Origin: Terriglobia bacterium
GTDB lineage: Bacteria > Acidobacteriota > Terriglobia > 20CM-2-55-15
Length of the DNA stretch: 64,000 nt
Assembly (NCBI GenBank): GCA_965218585.1
Contig: CBDCLE010000019.1
Location: 1 to 64,000 of the forward strand
Direction: 5' to 3'
In this document: positions 51,256 through 60,926 of the stretch, piece after piece
How positions within the stretch are numbered: position 1 is the first letter of the stretch
Layout: every line of letters begins with the position of its first letter
Made by a program: the position numbers and the translations under genes
Notes under the pieces: generated by a model
Told to the model about the DNA's origin: nothing
The model's input: only the letters and a program-made list of their open reading frames with translations
Databases searched by the model: none

Positions 51256-53050
51256 GGGCGGCTTCCTTCCCCGGAACGCGCTGACCGGAACGGATGAAAT
51301 CTTCGAACTCGTCTCTGAATTTCGTGATGTATGACTGGACAGGCCAGGCCGCCGCGTCCGCAAAAACGCAGATCGTATTGCCTTCCATATCACCGGCGAT
51401 CGCCAGAAGGTCGTCCAGATCCCTGGGACTTCCCTGCCCCTGGGTGATGCGGCCGACGATGCGATGGACCCAGCCGGTTCCCTCACGGCAAGGTGAACAC
51501 TGGCCGCAGGACTCGTCTGCGAAGAATCGCGACGCGGACCTCAACGCCTCGACCATGGAGGTGGATTCATCCATGACGATGACGCCCCCGGATCCGGCCA
51601 TGGTTCCGGCATCCCTGAGCGAGTCGAAATCCATTTTCACGTCGATCTCATCAGCTCGCAGGATCTTGGCTGAGATACCCCCGGGAATGACGGCCTTGAG
51701 CTTGTTGCCATCGCGCACGCCCCCGGCATAATCCTCGCTCTCGATCAATTCCCGCAGGGTGATGCCGACCGACGCCTCGTAGACGCCGGGCCGGACCACG
51801 GGCCCGCTCACACAGAACAGGCGTGTTCCACCCTGGGTGTCGGAACCGATACCGGCGAAGCGCGCGGCGCCGTGGCGCATGACGAATGGAACGGCCGCGA
51901 GAGTCTCCACGTTGTTAACGATGGTGGGGCATCCGAAGAGACCCGAAATAGCCGGAAAAGGAGGTTTGAGCCTTGGAAAGCCTTTTCCTCCCTCAAGCGA
52001 GGTCAGGAGCGCGGTTTCTTCACCACAGATATAAGCGCCGGCACCACGGTGGATGACCACGTCGAGGTCAAAGTCCGTCCCCTGGATGTCTTTGCCAAGC
52101 CAGTTCTCGCTGTAAGCCTCATCTATGGCGCGCTGCAAACGCTTCGCCGACCTGAAATACTCGCCCCGAATGTAGACGTAGGCCTTATGACTGCCAATGG
52201 CATAGGCTGAGATGATCATGCCCTCGACGAGGGCGTGCGGGTCCCGCTCCAAAATGTAGCGGTCCTTGAAAGTCCCGGGCTCACCCTCGTCCGCATTAAC
52301 CACGAGGTATTTGGGCTGGGTCGTGTCCTTGGGAATAAAGGACCACTTCCTGCCAGCCGGAAAGCCCGCTCCGCCGAGACCACGCAGGTTGGCGTTGGAG
52401 ACTTCTTCGATCACCTGGGACGGGGTCATGGAGGTCAATACCTTCCCGGCCGCAGTGTATCCCGCATCGCCAACGTAGCTTTCGAACCAAGTTCCCTCGG
52501 GATCTATGAAGCGGGTGGAGAGCACGGGTCCATCCGAGGAAATATAGGGTTCGGGCTCTGGTGTCGATTCCGGGCTACCGGGTTCGGTGAAGGCGTCCTG
52601 GATGAGAGTGCCCACGGCCTCACTGTTGAGAGGACCCACAAAGCGTTCGTCGAGCTGCGCCATTGGCGCCATCTCGCACGCACACAGGCACTCAACTTCC
52701 GTGAGAGTGACCTCCCCACCCGGGGTGGTCTCACCCGGGTTGATCTTCAATCCATTCCTGATCCGGTCCAGCAGATCTTCGGCCCCTCCGAGGAGGCACG
52801 GCAGACTCGTGCAGACCCGAAGCTCCCGCCGCCCTACGGGCCGGGTATGAAACATGTTGTAAAAGGAGACTGCTTCACGCACCTGGGCGATAGATACGCC
52901 AAAAAGGCGTCCGACCCAGGCTTCCGCCTCGCCAGAAACGTAACCCTGATTCTGCTGGACGAGCCACAGGAGGGGAAGCATTGCCGCCTTCGGGTACTCG
53001 TACCGTTGGAGGATCTCCTTCGCCTTGCCTTCGAGTTCTGAGAGGTTCAC
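51248..53050 (-). CDS. nuoEF: Fused NuoE-NuoF
   Basis: CTSLPC..CLCAC followed in frame by LRGLGGAGFP, NADEGEPGTFKDR, GAYICGEETAL, ESCGQCSPCREG. Confidence 0.92.
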   Translation of the reverse strand: MNLSELEGKAKEILQRYEYPKAAMLPLLWLVQQNQGYVSGEAEAWVGRLFGVSIAQVREAVSFYNMFHTRPVGRRELRVCTSLPCLLGGAEDLLDRIRNGLKINPGETTPGGEVTLTEVECLCACEMAPMAQLDERFVGPLNSEAVGTLIQDAFTEPGSPESTPEPEPYISSDGPVLSTRFIDPEGTWFESYVGDAGYTAAGKVLTSMTPSQVIEEVSNANLRGLGGAGFPAGRKWSFIPKDTTQPKYLVVNADEGEPGTFKDRYILERDPHALVEGMIISAYAIGSHKAYVYIRGEYFRSAKRLQRAIDEAYSENWLGKDIQGTDFDLDVVIHRGAGAYICGEETALLTSLEGGKGFPRLKPPFPAISGLFGCPTIVNNVETLAAVPFVMRHGAARFAGIGSDTQGGTRLFCVSGPVVRPGVYEASVGITLRELIESEDYAGGVRDGNKLKAVIPGGISAKILRADEIDVKMDFDSLRDAGTMAGSGGVIVMDESTSMVEALRSASRFFADESCGQCSPCREGTGWVHRIVGRITQGQGSPRDLDDLLAIAGDMEGNTICVFADAAAWPVQSYITKFRDEFEDFIRSGQRVPGKEAAHA

Positions 53051-54429
53051 CGGTCGAGTTCTCCGCCGATCATGTTGACTGACCCAAAAGTGGGGACCAT
53101 ATCGGCCATCATGTCCCCGATGAGGAGCGTGGGCAGTGCCGACATAATAGCGAAGCAGGGCGGGCGGACCCGGACCCGGTAGGCACGTTCGGCGCCGTCG
53201 CTTACAACGTAGAATCCGAGTTCTCCGTTTGCGCCCTCCACCGGGAAATAAACTTCTCCCTCGGGCGGTCGCACGCCGTGGCCGAACATGACCAGCTTGA
53301 AGTGGTTCATGAGCCCCTCGATGTTGCCGTAGGTATCCTCTTTAGGGGGTAGGGAGACGCGTTTCTCATCTGTGGCAATGGACGGATGTTCCCCGCGACT
53401 CGCTCCCTCGAGAGTGGGTCCGACCACGGCCCGTCCATCTGAAATGGCCTCGATGTTGCCGATCTTGGCCAGGTCCACCATCTCGGCGGCGGGGATCGCC
53501 CGACCCGTCTCAGGGTCGACCAGAATCGGACCGGGCGGTATGTCGGCAAGCGCCGTTTCCACGATACGCATGGACTGTTCCATTTCTTCCATGCGTACCA
53601 GATAGCGATCCATGTTGTCGCCCCGGCTTCCGACCGGCACGTCGAAAGGTATCCGGTCGTAGACGGCGTACGGGCAGTCTTTGCGCACGTCGTAGTCCGA
53701 TCCGGTGGCACGCAGGAACGGTCCTGTGATCCCATAGGCGATCGCGTCGTCTGTGGAAATTACACCTGTTCCGTTCATGCGGTCGGTGAAAATACGGTTA
53801 CGCGTGAGGAGCCCATCGGCCTCGGCGAGGACCTTGCGGGTCTCCCGAAAGGCCTCGTGGCAAGGCTCGGCGAAGTCATCGGGAAGGTCGGCTTTAACAC
53901 CGCCCACGCGGCAGTAAGTGACCGTCAACCGCGCGCCGGTGACCTTCTCGATCAATTCCCACAGATACTCACGGGCCTTGATCATGTACAGAAAGACGCT
54001 GAACGCGCCCAACTCCATAGCGGTGGCGCCGACGCAGGTCAGGTGATCCGAGATCCTTGAAATCTCGGAGAGAATAACCCGGATGTAGTGGCAACGCTCG
54101 GGGACCGAGATCCCGAGGAGCTTCTCCACCGCCATGCAGTAGCCCATGTTGTTGATAAGTGGCGACACATAGTTGAGCCGGTCGGTGTAAGGCATGACGC
54201 CGTTGTAGTCCACCGTTTCAGCCATCTTCTCGAATCCGCGGTGCAGGTAGCCAATCTCCACTTCGGCGTCCTCGATCTGCTCCCCGTCGAGCTTGGCGAC
54301 GATCCGGACAATCCCGTGCATGGCGGGGTGTGCGGGGCCCACGTTGAGAAGCATGTCGCGCGTTTCGAGTTCTGCTGGCTCGCTTCCAGACGTCGGTGTC
54401 GCTCCGTGGAATGGGATATTTTTTGCCAT
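53047..54429 (-). CDS. nuoD: NADH-quinone oxidoreductase subunit D
   Basis: GPAHPAMHG, GYLHRGFEK, DRLNY, GELDR. Confidence 0.95.
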   Translation of the reverse strand: MAKNIPFHGATPTSGSEPAELETRDMLLNVGPAHPAMHGIVRIVAKLDGEQIEDAEVEIGYLHRGFEKMAETVDYNGVMPYTDRLNYVSPLINNMGYCMAVEKLLGISVPERCHYIRVILSEISRISDHLTCVGATAMELGAFSVFLYMIKAREYLWELIEKVTGARLTVTYCRVGGVKADLPDDFAEPCHEAFRETRKVLAEADGLLTRNRIFTDRMNGTGVISTDDAIAYGITGPFLRATGSDYDVRKDCPYAVYDRIPFDVPVGSRGDNMDRYLVRMEEMEQSMRIVETALADIPPGPILVDPETGRAIPAAEMVDLAKIGNIEAISDGRAVVGPTLEGASRGEHPSIATDEKRVSLPPKEDTYGNIEGLMNHFKLVMFGHGVRPPEGEVYFPVEGANGELGFYVVSDGAERAYRVRVRPPCFAIMSALPTLLIGDMMADMVPTFGSVNMIGGELDR

Positions 54430-54439
54430 GGGCTGCGGC

Positions 54440-55021
54440 TTAGTTGGTTGGTCCGATCAGCGGCTGACGCTTTTTGACGGGATAGTCCTTCCGTAGAGGA
54501 TGCCCTTCGAACCCTTCGTACAAGAGAATGCGCTTCAAATTGGGATGCCCTTTAAAGCGGATCCCGAACATGTCCCAGACCTCACGCTCAAGCCAGTCGG
54601 CGCCTGGCCATAACGAGGTCAGGGAATCCAACTCGGCAGCGGTCTCTTCCACCGGGACAACCAGCCGCAGTCGGTGCTTGTGGACTGTCGAGAAGAAGTG
54701 GTACACGACCCCGAACCGCCCTTGCTCCGGAGGGCCGGGCCAGGATTCTTCATCAGGGATCTGGGAAGACGGCCTTACCTTCACTCCCGAAGAAGCGAAG
54801 AAGGCGGGCGTTGCCTGTTTCCCGAAAGCGGAGTAGTCGACGGCCGTCAGATCCATGAGTGCGTTCAATTGTAAGGCTGGCTCTTCCTTGAGAAATTCCG
54901 CCACGTCGAGCAAAAAATTCGAACGAAGAACCAGCGTGGCATCGCCCCTGTAAGTATGGGAGGTTGCTACTGCAGCGGGCCAACGGTCTTGGACGGACTG
55001 GATCAGAGAGGCGGCGTTCAT
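54440..55021 (-). CDS. nuoC: NADH-quinone oxidoreductase subunit C
   Basis: EREVWDMFGI.F.GHPNLKRIL..GHPLRKDYP. Confidence 0.95.
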   Translation of the reverse strand: MNAASLIQSVQDRWPAAVATSHTYRGDATLVLRSNFLLDVAEFLKEEPALQLNALMDLTAVDYSAFGKQATPAFFASSGVKVRPSSQIPDEESWPGPPEQGRFGVVYHFFSTVHKHRLRLVVPVEETAAELDSLTSLWPGADWLEREVWDMFGIRFKGHPNLKRILLYEGFEGHPLRKDYPVKKRQPLIGPTN

Positions 55022-55521
55022 GCTTCAAAGATGTCCGGGCGAGGTTCAGCTGCGGCGCGCACGCCGGTTATTCCATGGTCCTGAATCTTGTCCTGGAGTT
55101 TTATCAGACCATCGAGGACCATTTCGGGCCGCGGTGGGCATCCGGGTATGTAGACATCCACCGGGATGATGGTATCGATGCCCATCACAGTCGCGTAGTT
55201 GTCGTAAAACCCGCCCGTGCACGTGCAGACGCCAAAAGCGACTACCCACTTGGGATCCGCCATCTGCTCATGGATACGATTGAGGACAGGCGCCATCTTG
55301 TGGCTGATCGTGCCCACGACGAAAAGTACGTCGGCCTGTCGCGGAGAAAACCTCGGGAAGCCGGCTCCGAAGCGGTCCACGTCGTAGTGAGAGCAGGCCG
55401 TTGCCATGTATTCCATCCCGCAGCACGCCGTGACAAACGGGTACTGGAAGATCGAGTATTTTCGGGCCCAACCGATTGCGTCATCAAGCCGGCTTGTGAG
55501 AAACGATGTGTCGTTGAACAT
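55018..55521 (-). CDS. nuoB: NADH-quinone oxidoreductase subunit B
   Basis: TACCGME, SPRQAD, YIPGCPPRPE. Confidence 0.95.
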   Translation of the reverse strand: MFNDTSFLTSRLDDAIGWARKYSIFQYPFVTACCGMEYMATACSHYDVDRFGAGFPRFSPRQADVLFVVGTISHKMAPVLNRIHEQMADPKWVVAFGVCTCTGGFYDNYATVMGIDTIIPVDVYIPGCPPRPEMVLDGLIKLQDKIQDHGITGVRAAAEPRPDIFEA

Positions 55522-55544
55522 AGTTTATTGATCTAATCGCCAGT

Positions 55545-55898
55545 TCATTCCCAGTCAAGAGCGCCGTTATCCCAGGCATAAACGTAGCCCGCCATCAGGA
55601 TGCCCAGAAAGATTCCCATTTCGACCAGACCCAACAGCCCCAGCTGGCGGTAAAGTACGGCCCATGGATAGAGGAAGACAAGCTCGACGTCAAACGGGAT
55701 GAACAGAATAGCAGTCAGATAGAACTTGATCGCCAACTTACCTATCGGGAGGGAAAACGGATCCATCCCGGACTCGAACGGCGACAATTTTACGGGCGTC
55801 GGATTCTTCTTTCCCAGCGTGGAACTCAAGAAGACCATTGCGCCCGCGATCCCAGCAGCCAGAACGAAGCTGACGGCGATCCCTATGTATTCGTTCAT
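55545..55898 (-). CDS. nuoA: NADH-quinone oxidoreductase subunit A
   Basis: PFESG, FDVELVFLYPWA, GALDWE. Confidence 0.95.
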   Translation of the reverse strand: MNEYIGIAVSFVLAAGIAGAMVFLSSTLGKKNPTPVKLSPFESGMDPFSLPIGKLAIKFYLTAILFIPFDVELVFLYPWAVLYRQLGLLGLVEMGIFLGILMAGYVYAWDNGALDWE

Positions 55899-56025
55899 AA
55901 GTCGCTATCCCGGACCCGACCATTTGCCAAGCCGTAGAAACTCCTCTGATGGAGCTTGTGCTTCGCAGAGACGATGCTGCCAGAGAGTTTTCGAGCAGAC
56001 TTGCTAGTGTACATCATAGCAGCCA

Positions 56026-57447
56026 TCACGGCGACACCGCCCAGAGCGTCACACTCCCCGGGGAAATTCCGCCAATCAAGGTGACCAGAGCGGCCAGGGC
56101 GAGTGCCGCCGACACCGCTACCGGGAAGGGCTTGGGCGCAGATTCTTCGGGTTCCCTCATGTACATGAGGACGGCTACCCGCATGTAGACAAACGCTGAA
56201 ATCACGCTGCAAGCCAGGGCCAGCACGGCCAGTGCAATGTAGCCTGAGCCGACAGCGCTCAAGATTACAATGAACTTGGCGGCGAACCCAGCAGTCGGAG
56301 GAATGCCGGTCAGAGACAAAAGAAACAGCAGCATGAGGGCAGCTACACCGGGTCGCTGCCGAGCCAGACCCCGGTAGCCGTCCAGGGTCTGGCCGCGCTC
56401 ACCCAGTGCGATGACCACGCCAAAGGTCCCTAGCGTCATGAAGACGTAGAAGAAGGCATAGGTCATTGTTGCGGAAGTCCCTTCGGGGGTACTGGCGATC
56501 AGGCCCAGGAGGGCGTAACCCGCATGCGCGATTGAAGAATAGGCCAGCAGACGCTTCATGTCGGTCTGGGCCAGAGCCACTATGCTGCCGACGACAATCG
56601 AGAGGGCGGCGAACCCCGCCAGAATAAGGGATAGGACGTAGGCCTGGGAGCCGAACGCGATCAGGGAGACCCGTCCCAGAGCAGCCAGGCCGACCGCCTT
56701 GGAGCCGGCTGCCAGGAAGCCCGCGACGGGTGTTGTCGCACCTTGGTAAGCGTCCGGAGCCCAGGCATGGAACGGCACTGCCGCAACCTTGAAGGCAAGC
56801 CCGCCGGCCACCAGCCCGCCGGCCATCAACAGAAGCGGGCTGTCCCCCAGACCTTGATCGGAAATAGCCGAGGCAATGGAGGGAAAGTCCGTGGCGCCGG
56901 TAACGCCGTAAGTCAGGGCAATTCCGTAGAGAAGCAGGGCCGAGGCGAAAGAACCCAGAAGGAAATACTTGATCGCGGCCTCGTTTGACGCCGGCCTGTC
57001 GACCGCGATCCCGACCAGGATGTAGGAGCAGAGCGTCATAAGTTCCAGGCCCAGATAGAGGGTCAGCAGATCCAGCGATGAAACTGCAAGCATCATTCCC
57101 GTCGAAGCTAACAGGAGCAGGGCATGGTACTCCCCAGGCGGAACCCGTTCGGTCTCGTGGCTCCTCACGGAGAGAAGAGCGACAAGAGCCAATGTGCCGG
57201 CGATGAGCACCTTGAAGAATTGAGAATAGCTGTCCAGGGTGAGCATTCCACCAAATCCGACCTGGGTGCCTCCAGACAAAGCCCAGGCCGAGGCCAGGCC
57301 AGCCGACAACGCAGCAAGTACTGTTCCGATTGCGGCAGCCTGCGTTTTCTGGATCCGACGCGCGACTAGAATCAGCACCAGGGCCATGCCGACCAGAATC
57401 AGCTCCGGGACCAACAAGGCGAGGTCAGACAGGGTCGCACCGTTCAT
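56026..57447 (-). CDS. nuoN: NADH-quinone oxidoreductase subunit N
   Basis: EAAIKYFLLG, FKVAAVPFH.WAPD.YQGA, KRLLAYSSIAH. Confidence 0.92.
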   Translation of the reverse strand: MNGATLSDLALLVPELILVGMALVLILVARRIQKTQAAAIGTVLAALSAGLASAWALSGGTQVGFGGMLTLDSYSQFFKVLIAGTLALVALLSVRSHETERVPPGEYHALLLLASTGMMLAVSSLDLLTLYLGLELMTLCSYILVGIAVDRPASNEAAIKYFLLGSFASALLLYGIALTYGVTGATDFPSIASAISDQGLGDSPLLLMAGGLVAGGLAFKVAAVPFHAWAPDAYQGATTPVAGFLAAGSKAVGLAALGRVSLIAFGSQAYVLSLILAGFAALSIVVGSIVALAQTDMKRLLAYSSIAHAGYALLGLIASTPEGTSATMTYAFFYVFMTLGTFGVVIALGERGQTLDGYRGLARQRPGVAALMLLFLLSLTGIPPTAGFAAKFIVILSAVGSGYIALAVLALACSVISAFVYMRVAVLMYMREPEESAPKPFPVAVSAALALAALVTLIGGISPGSVTLWAVSP

Positions 57448-58910
57448 GGTGTGACTCCGATAGCAAGGAGTTCGGCCACGGGAGCGTGCAGATAAGACAG
57501 GACCAGATCAGGGTAGACGCCGAGACACACTGCGAAAAAGACCAGAGGGGCAAGGGTTGCCACTTCCCGGACGTTGAGCTCGAGCCGGAGCCCCTGGAGA
57601 GCGGGGTTGATCTCGCCCATGACTACGCGATAATAGAGCCAGACGAGGTAGGCCGTTCCAAGGACCACGCCCCAGACTGCCGCGGCCCCCAGCCAAACCT
57701 CGGTCCTGAAAGCCCCACCGATGATGAGAAACTCTCCTACGAACGAATTCAGACCTGGGAATCCCGCGCCGGCCAGGCAGAAGAGCGCCAGGAGGGTGGA
57801 GTAGACCGGTGCGGTTTTGGCAACCCCCCCATAATCCTTGATCTCGCGCGTGTGGGTACGCTCGTAGATCATGCCGACGCACAAGAAGAGCGCTGCCGAG
57901 ATAATCCCGTGGTTGATCATCTGGAGGATCGCGCCTTCGACCCCGCTGCGGTCGAGCGTAAAAATGCCCAGCGTGACGAAACCCATGTGGCTGATGCTTG
58001 AGAAGGCGATGAGCCGTTTGACGTCCGTCTGGACAAGCGTCACGTACGCGCCATAAACGATCGCCACGACGGAGATGACGAGCATCGGCGTCAAGAAAAG
58101 ATCCACGGCATCGGGGAGAATGGGCAGCGAGACGCGCAGGAAACCGTAGGCTCCCATCTTGAGAAGGATCCCGGCCAGGATCACGCTGCCCGCGGTGGGG
58201 GCTTCGGTGTGGGCGTCCGGGAGCCAGGTATGCACCGGAAACATGGGCACCTTGACCGCGAAGGCGGCCAGAAAAGCTGCGAAGAGCCAGGCTTGCTGCC
58301 CCGGTTCGAGGCTCTCCCGGGCCAGGGTGAGGGCCCTGAAGTCCAGTGTGCCCAATGCGTTGTAAAGCGCGATCATACCCACGAGCATGAAAACGCTTCC
58401 GGCGAGAGTGAAGAGCAGAAACTTGATTGATGCGTAGACGCGCCGAGGCCCTCCCCAGACGCCGATCAGTAGAAAGACGGGAACGAGGATGAGTTCCCAG
58501 AAGACAAAGAAGAGAAAAAGATTCGAGGCCGCAAAAAGGCCGATCATCGCTGTTTCCGCTACCAGGAGCGCCGCGTAGAACTCTCGAACCCGCGTTTGGA
58601 TGGCTGACCATGAGGCACCGATGCAAAGGATGCCGAGGAGCGAGGCGAGGAAGATGAAGGGAAGGCTGATGCCATCAACTCCCATGCTGTAAGCGATGTT
58701 CCATGCCGGGATCCAGGCCCGCGACTCGACGAACTGCAGGGCGCTTGAGGCCTTGTCAAACCCCAAGTACAGTGGGGTCGAGACGGCCAGCGTCGCTAGT
58801 GTAGCGGTGAGGGCGACCCAGCGCGCAAGTCGCTCGCTGCCCAGGAGCAGGATAAGGACCGCACCGGCGAGAGGCAGAAATGTGGTGACTGTGAGGACTG
58901 GATAGCTCAT
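57444..58910 (-). CDS. nuoM: NADH-quinone oxidoreductase subunit M
   Basis: VKVPMFPVHTWLPDAHTEAP, LLKMGAYG, FVGEF. Confidence 0.92.
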   Translation of the reverse strand: MSYPVLTVTTFLPLAGAVLILLLGSERLARWVALTATLATLAVSTPLYLGFDKASSALQFVESRAWIPAWNIAYSMGVDGISLPFIFLASLLGILCIGASWSAIQTRVREFYAALLVAETAMIGLFAASNLFLFFVFWELILVPVFLLIGVWGGPRRVYASIKFLLFTLAGSVFMLVGMIALYNALGTLDFRALTLARESLEPGQQAWLFAAFLAAFAVKVPMFPVHTWLPDAHTEAPTAGSVILAGILLKMGAYGFLRVSLPILPDAVDLFLTPMLVISVVAIVYGAYVTLVQTDVKRLIAFSSISHMGFVTLGIFTLDRSGVEGAILQMINHGIISAALFLCVGMIYERTHTREIKDYGGVAKTAPVYSTLLALFCLAGAGFPGLNSFVGEFLIIGGAFRTEVWLGAAAVWGVVLGTAYLVWLYYRVVMGEINPALQGLRLELNVREVATLAPLVFFAVCLGVYPDLVLSYLHAPVAELLAIGVTP

Positions 58911-60673
58911 TAAAAGAACACTGCCAGGGCCAGAAGTGCGAGAATTCCCGCAGCCATGATCAACCCGTAATACTGGATGTGGCCGTTTCCTACAATCTTC
59001 AAAACTTGGCTCAAGGTCTCGGTCGAGCGGCCCACTCCAACGATTGTGGAATCAACGACGAGGCTGTCAAGCCGGTTTAACAGATTTGCCACTCCCAACA
59101 CGGGCCGACGGACCACAAACTCATAGATCTCTCCGATAAAGCCGTACTCAAGGCGCGCCAGCGGTTCGGGGACGAGAGTTCGAAAGCTGGCCGAGGGACG
59201 GCGGTAGAACCAATCCGTGTCGAGGCTGACCTTGGGTTCCGGATCGAGGTGCTTAAGGAGTAAGAAAAACCCCAGCGCAGTAAAGCCCAACATTCCAAGC
59301 GTGCTGGTGACGTGCGTCAAGGTATATGGAATATAATCCGCCGGGTTCGGGAGGTAACCGTACAAGAGTCCGGGAAACACTCCAATCAAAACGCAGGCGA
59401 ATGCAGCCAAGCCCATGGCTACGAGCATGTTTGCCGGCGGCTCCTCGGCGCGCAGCCCGGAGTCTTTCCCGAAGAACATGTAATACGGCAGCTTAAGGCC
59501 CGTGTGCAGGAACGTGCCGGCCGAGGCCAGAGTGAGCATTAGAAAAACTAGCGTTAGGTGTTCCTCCCCCGCGGCGGAGACCACCATGGACTTGCTCACG
59601 AAACCGCTGAAGAGTGGGAATGCCGAAATAGCAAAGGCGCCGATCATGTAGAGACCGAGCGTTACGGGCATCGTCTTGTAGAGTCCCCCCATTTCGCTGA
59701 GCTTTCTCACGCCCGCCATCTGGATGACGGCGCCGGCTCCCATAAAGAGAAGTGCCTTGTAAATGATGTGAGCGAAGGCGTGGGCCGTGGCACCGTTTAT
59801 GGCCAGCGCGGTGCCGATTCCTACCCCACAGACCATGTAGCCTACCTGGCTGATGATGTGGTAGGCCAGCAACCGGCGCGCATCGTTTTCAAGCACCGCG
59901 TAGACGACGCCGTAAATCGCCATCGCCGCTCCCAACCAAATCAGGATGTCCGTCCCTGCGAAGCCTCGGATCAAGACATAGACTGCGGATTTGGTTGTGA
60001 AAGCGGTCATGAAGACTGCGCCTGTAACCGTTGCCTCGGGGTAGGCGTCGGGAAGCCACGCCCCCAGAGGAGGAACGGCTGCGTTGAGAAGGAAAGCAAC
60101 GAGGATCAGGGTCCAGGCCGCGCCGCCGGAAAATCCCCCCATGTCCTCGAAAGCAAGCGACCCGGTCTGGGACCAGTGAATTACAATCCCTGCCAGGAGG
60201 ACGAGTCCTCCGACAATGTGGACGAGAAGGTAACGGAAACCGGCGGCCACTGCAGACGGTTCCCTTCTGAGCCACACCAGGAGCACGGACGAAATTGCCA
60301 TGAGCTCCCAGAAGAGGTACAGGGAAAGGAAGTCCCCGGCAAAAGTCACTCCCAGGGCGCCCCCTGCATAAGTCAGCGCGCTGATATGCTGGAAGTCGTC
60401 CTTGACATGAAGAGCGTAGACCATGCCCAGGAAGGCCATGAGCGAGAAAACATAGGAAAACACGAGGCTCAAACTGTCCACCCGGCCGAGCACCAGGTCC
60501 TGCCCCAGGAACGTTACGGCACCATAGGTTCCGGGCGACATCCACAGACAATCGATCAGCGCGGCCCCAGGTACGACCAGCATGGCCACGCGTTTGACCG
60601 GGCCTTTGAGGAATACTATGACCCAGGCGCCGCCGATGAGCAGGAGCCCAGGGTGGATCCACTCAAGAGTCAT
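58910..60673 (-). CDS. Mrp/NuoL-like antiporter subunit
   Basis: WLPDAYPEA, FTTK, LLAYHIISQVG, HIIYKALLFM; C-terminal extension ending GHIQYY. Confidence 0.85.
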   Translation of the reverse strand: MTLEWIHPGLLLIGGAWVIVFLKGPVKRVAMLVVPGAALIDCLWMSPGTYGAVTFLGQDLVLGRVDSLSLVFSYVFSLMAFLGMVYALHVKDDFQHISALTYAGGALGVTFAGDFLSLYLFWELMAISSVLLVWLRREPSAVAAGFRYLLVHIVGGLVLLAGIVIHWSQTGSLAFEDMGGFSGGAAWTLILVAFLLNAAVPPLGAWLPDAYPEATVTGAVFMTAFTTKSAVYVLIRGFAGTDILIWLGAAMAIYGVVYAVLENDARRLLAYHIISQVGYMVCGVGIGTALAINGATAHAFAHIIYKALLFMGAGAVIQMAGVRKLSEMGGLYKTMPVTLGLYMIGAFAISAFPLFSGFVSKSMVVSAAGEEHLTLVFLMLTLASAGTFLHTGLKLPYYMFFGKDSGLRAEEPPANMLVAMGLAAFACVLIGVFPGLLYGYLPNPADYIPYTLTHVTSTLGMLGFTALGFFLLLKHLDPEPKVSLDTDWFYRRPSASFRTLVPEPLARLEYGFIGEIYEFVVRRPVLGVANLLNRLDSLVVDSTIVGVGRSTETLSQVLKIVGNGHIQYYGLIMAAGILALLALAVFF

Positions 60674-60926
60674 AGTAATTCTCGCGGCGCATGAGCCACG
60701 CCTTTCCGATCAGTTTGGATATGACGATGATCGCCACGCATGAGATCAGCCCGTAGATCGAGCCCCATGCCGGGAAGCCCTCGAATCCAAAGTGGTGATC
60801 GCCGCCATCGAAGATGAGCGGCAGAACGATTTCGGCGACGGCTATGACACACAGGACGAGGTAGAAAACGCGCTTTATGCGGGTAAAACGAACCTTGTCT
60901 TCCAACTGTCTTTCCAGAAAGTTCAC
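60663..60926 (-). CDS. Small two-TM membrane protein between antiporter subunits
   Basis: HHFGFEGFP..GLISC..SK..LMRRENYY; overlaps both neighbours. Confidence 0.7.
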   Translation of the reverse strand: MNFLERQLEDKVRFTRIKRVFYLVLCVIAVAEIVLPLIFDGGDHHFGFEGFPAWGSIYGLISCVAIIVISKLIGKAWLMRRENYYDS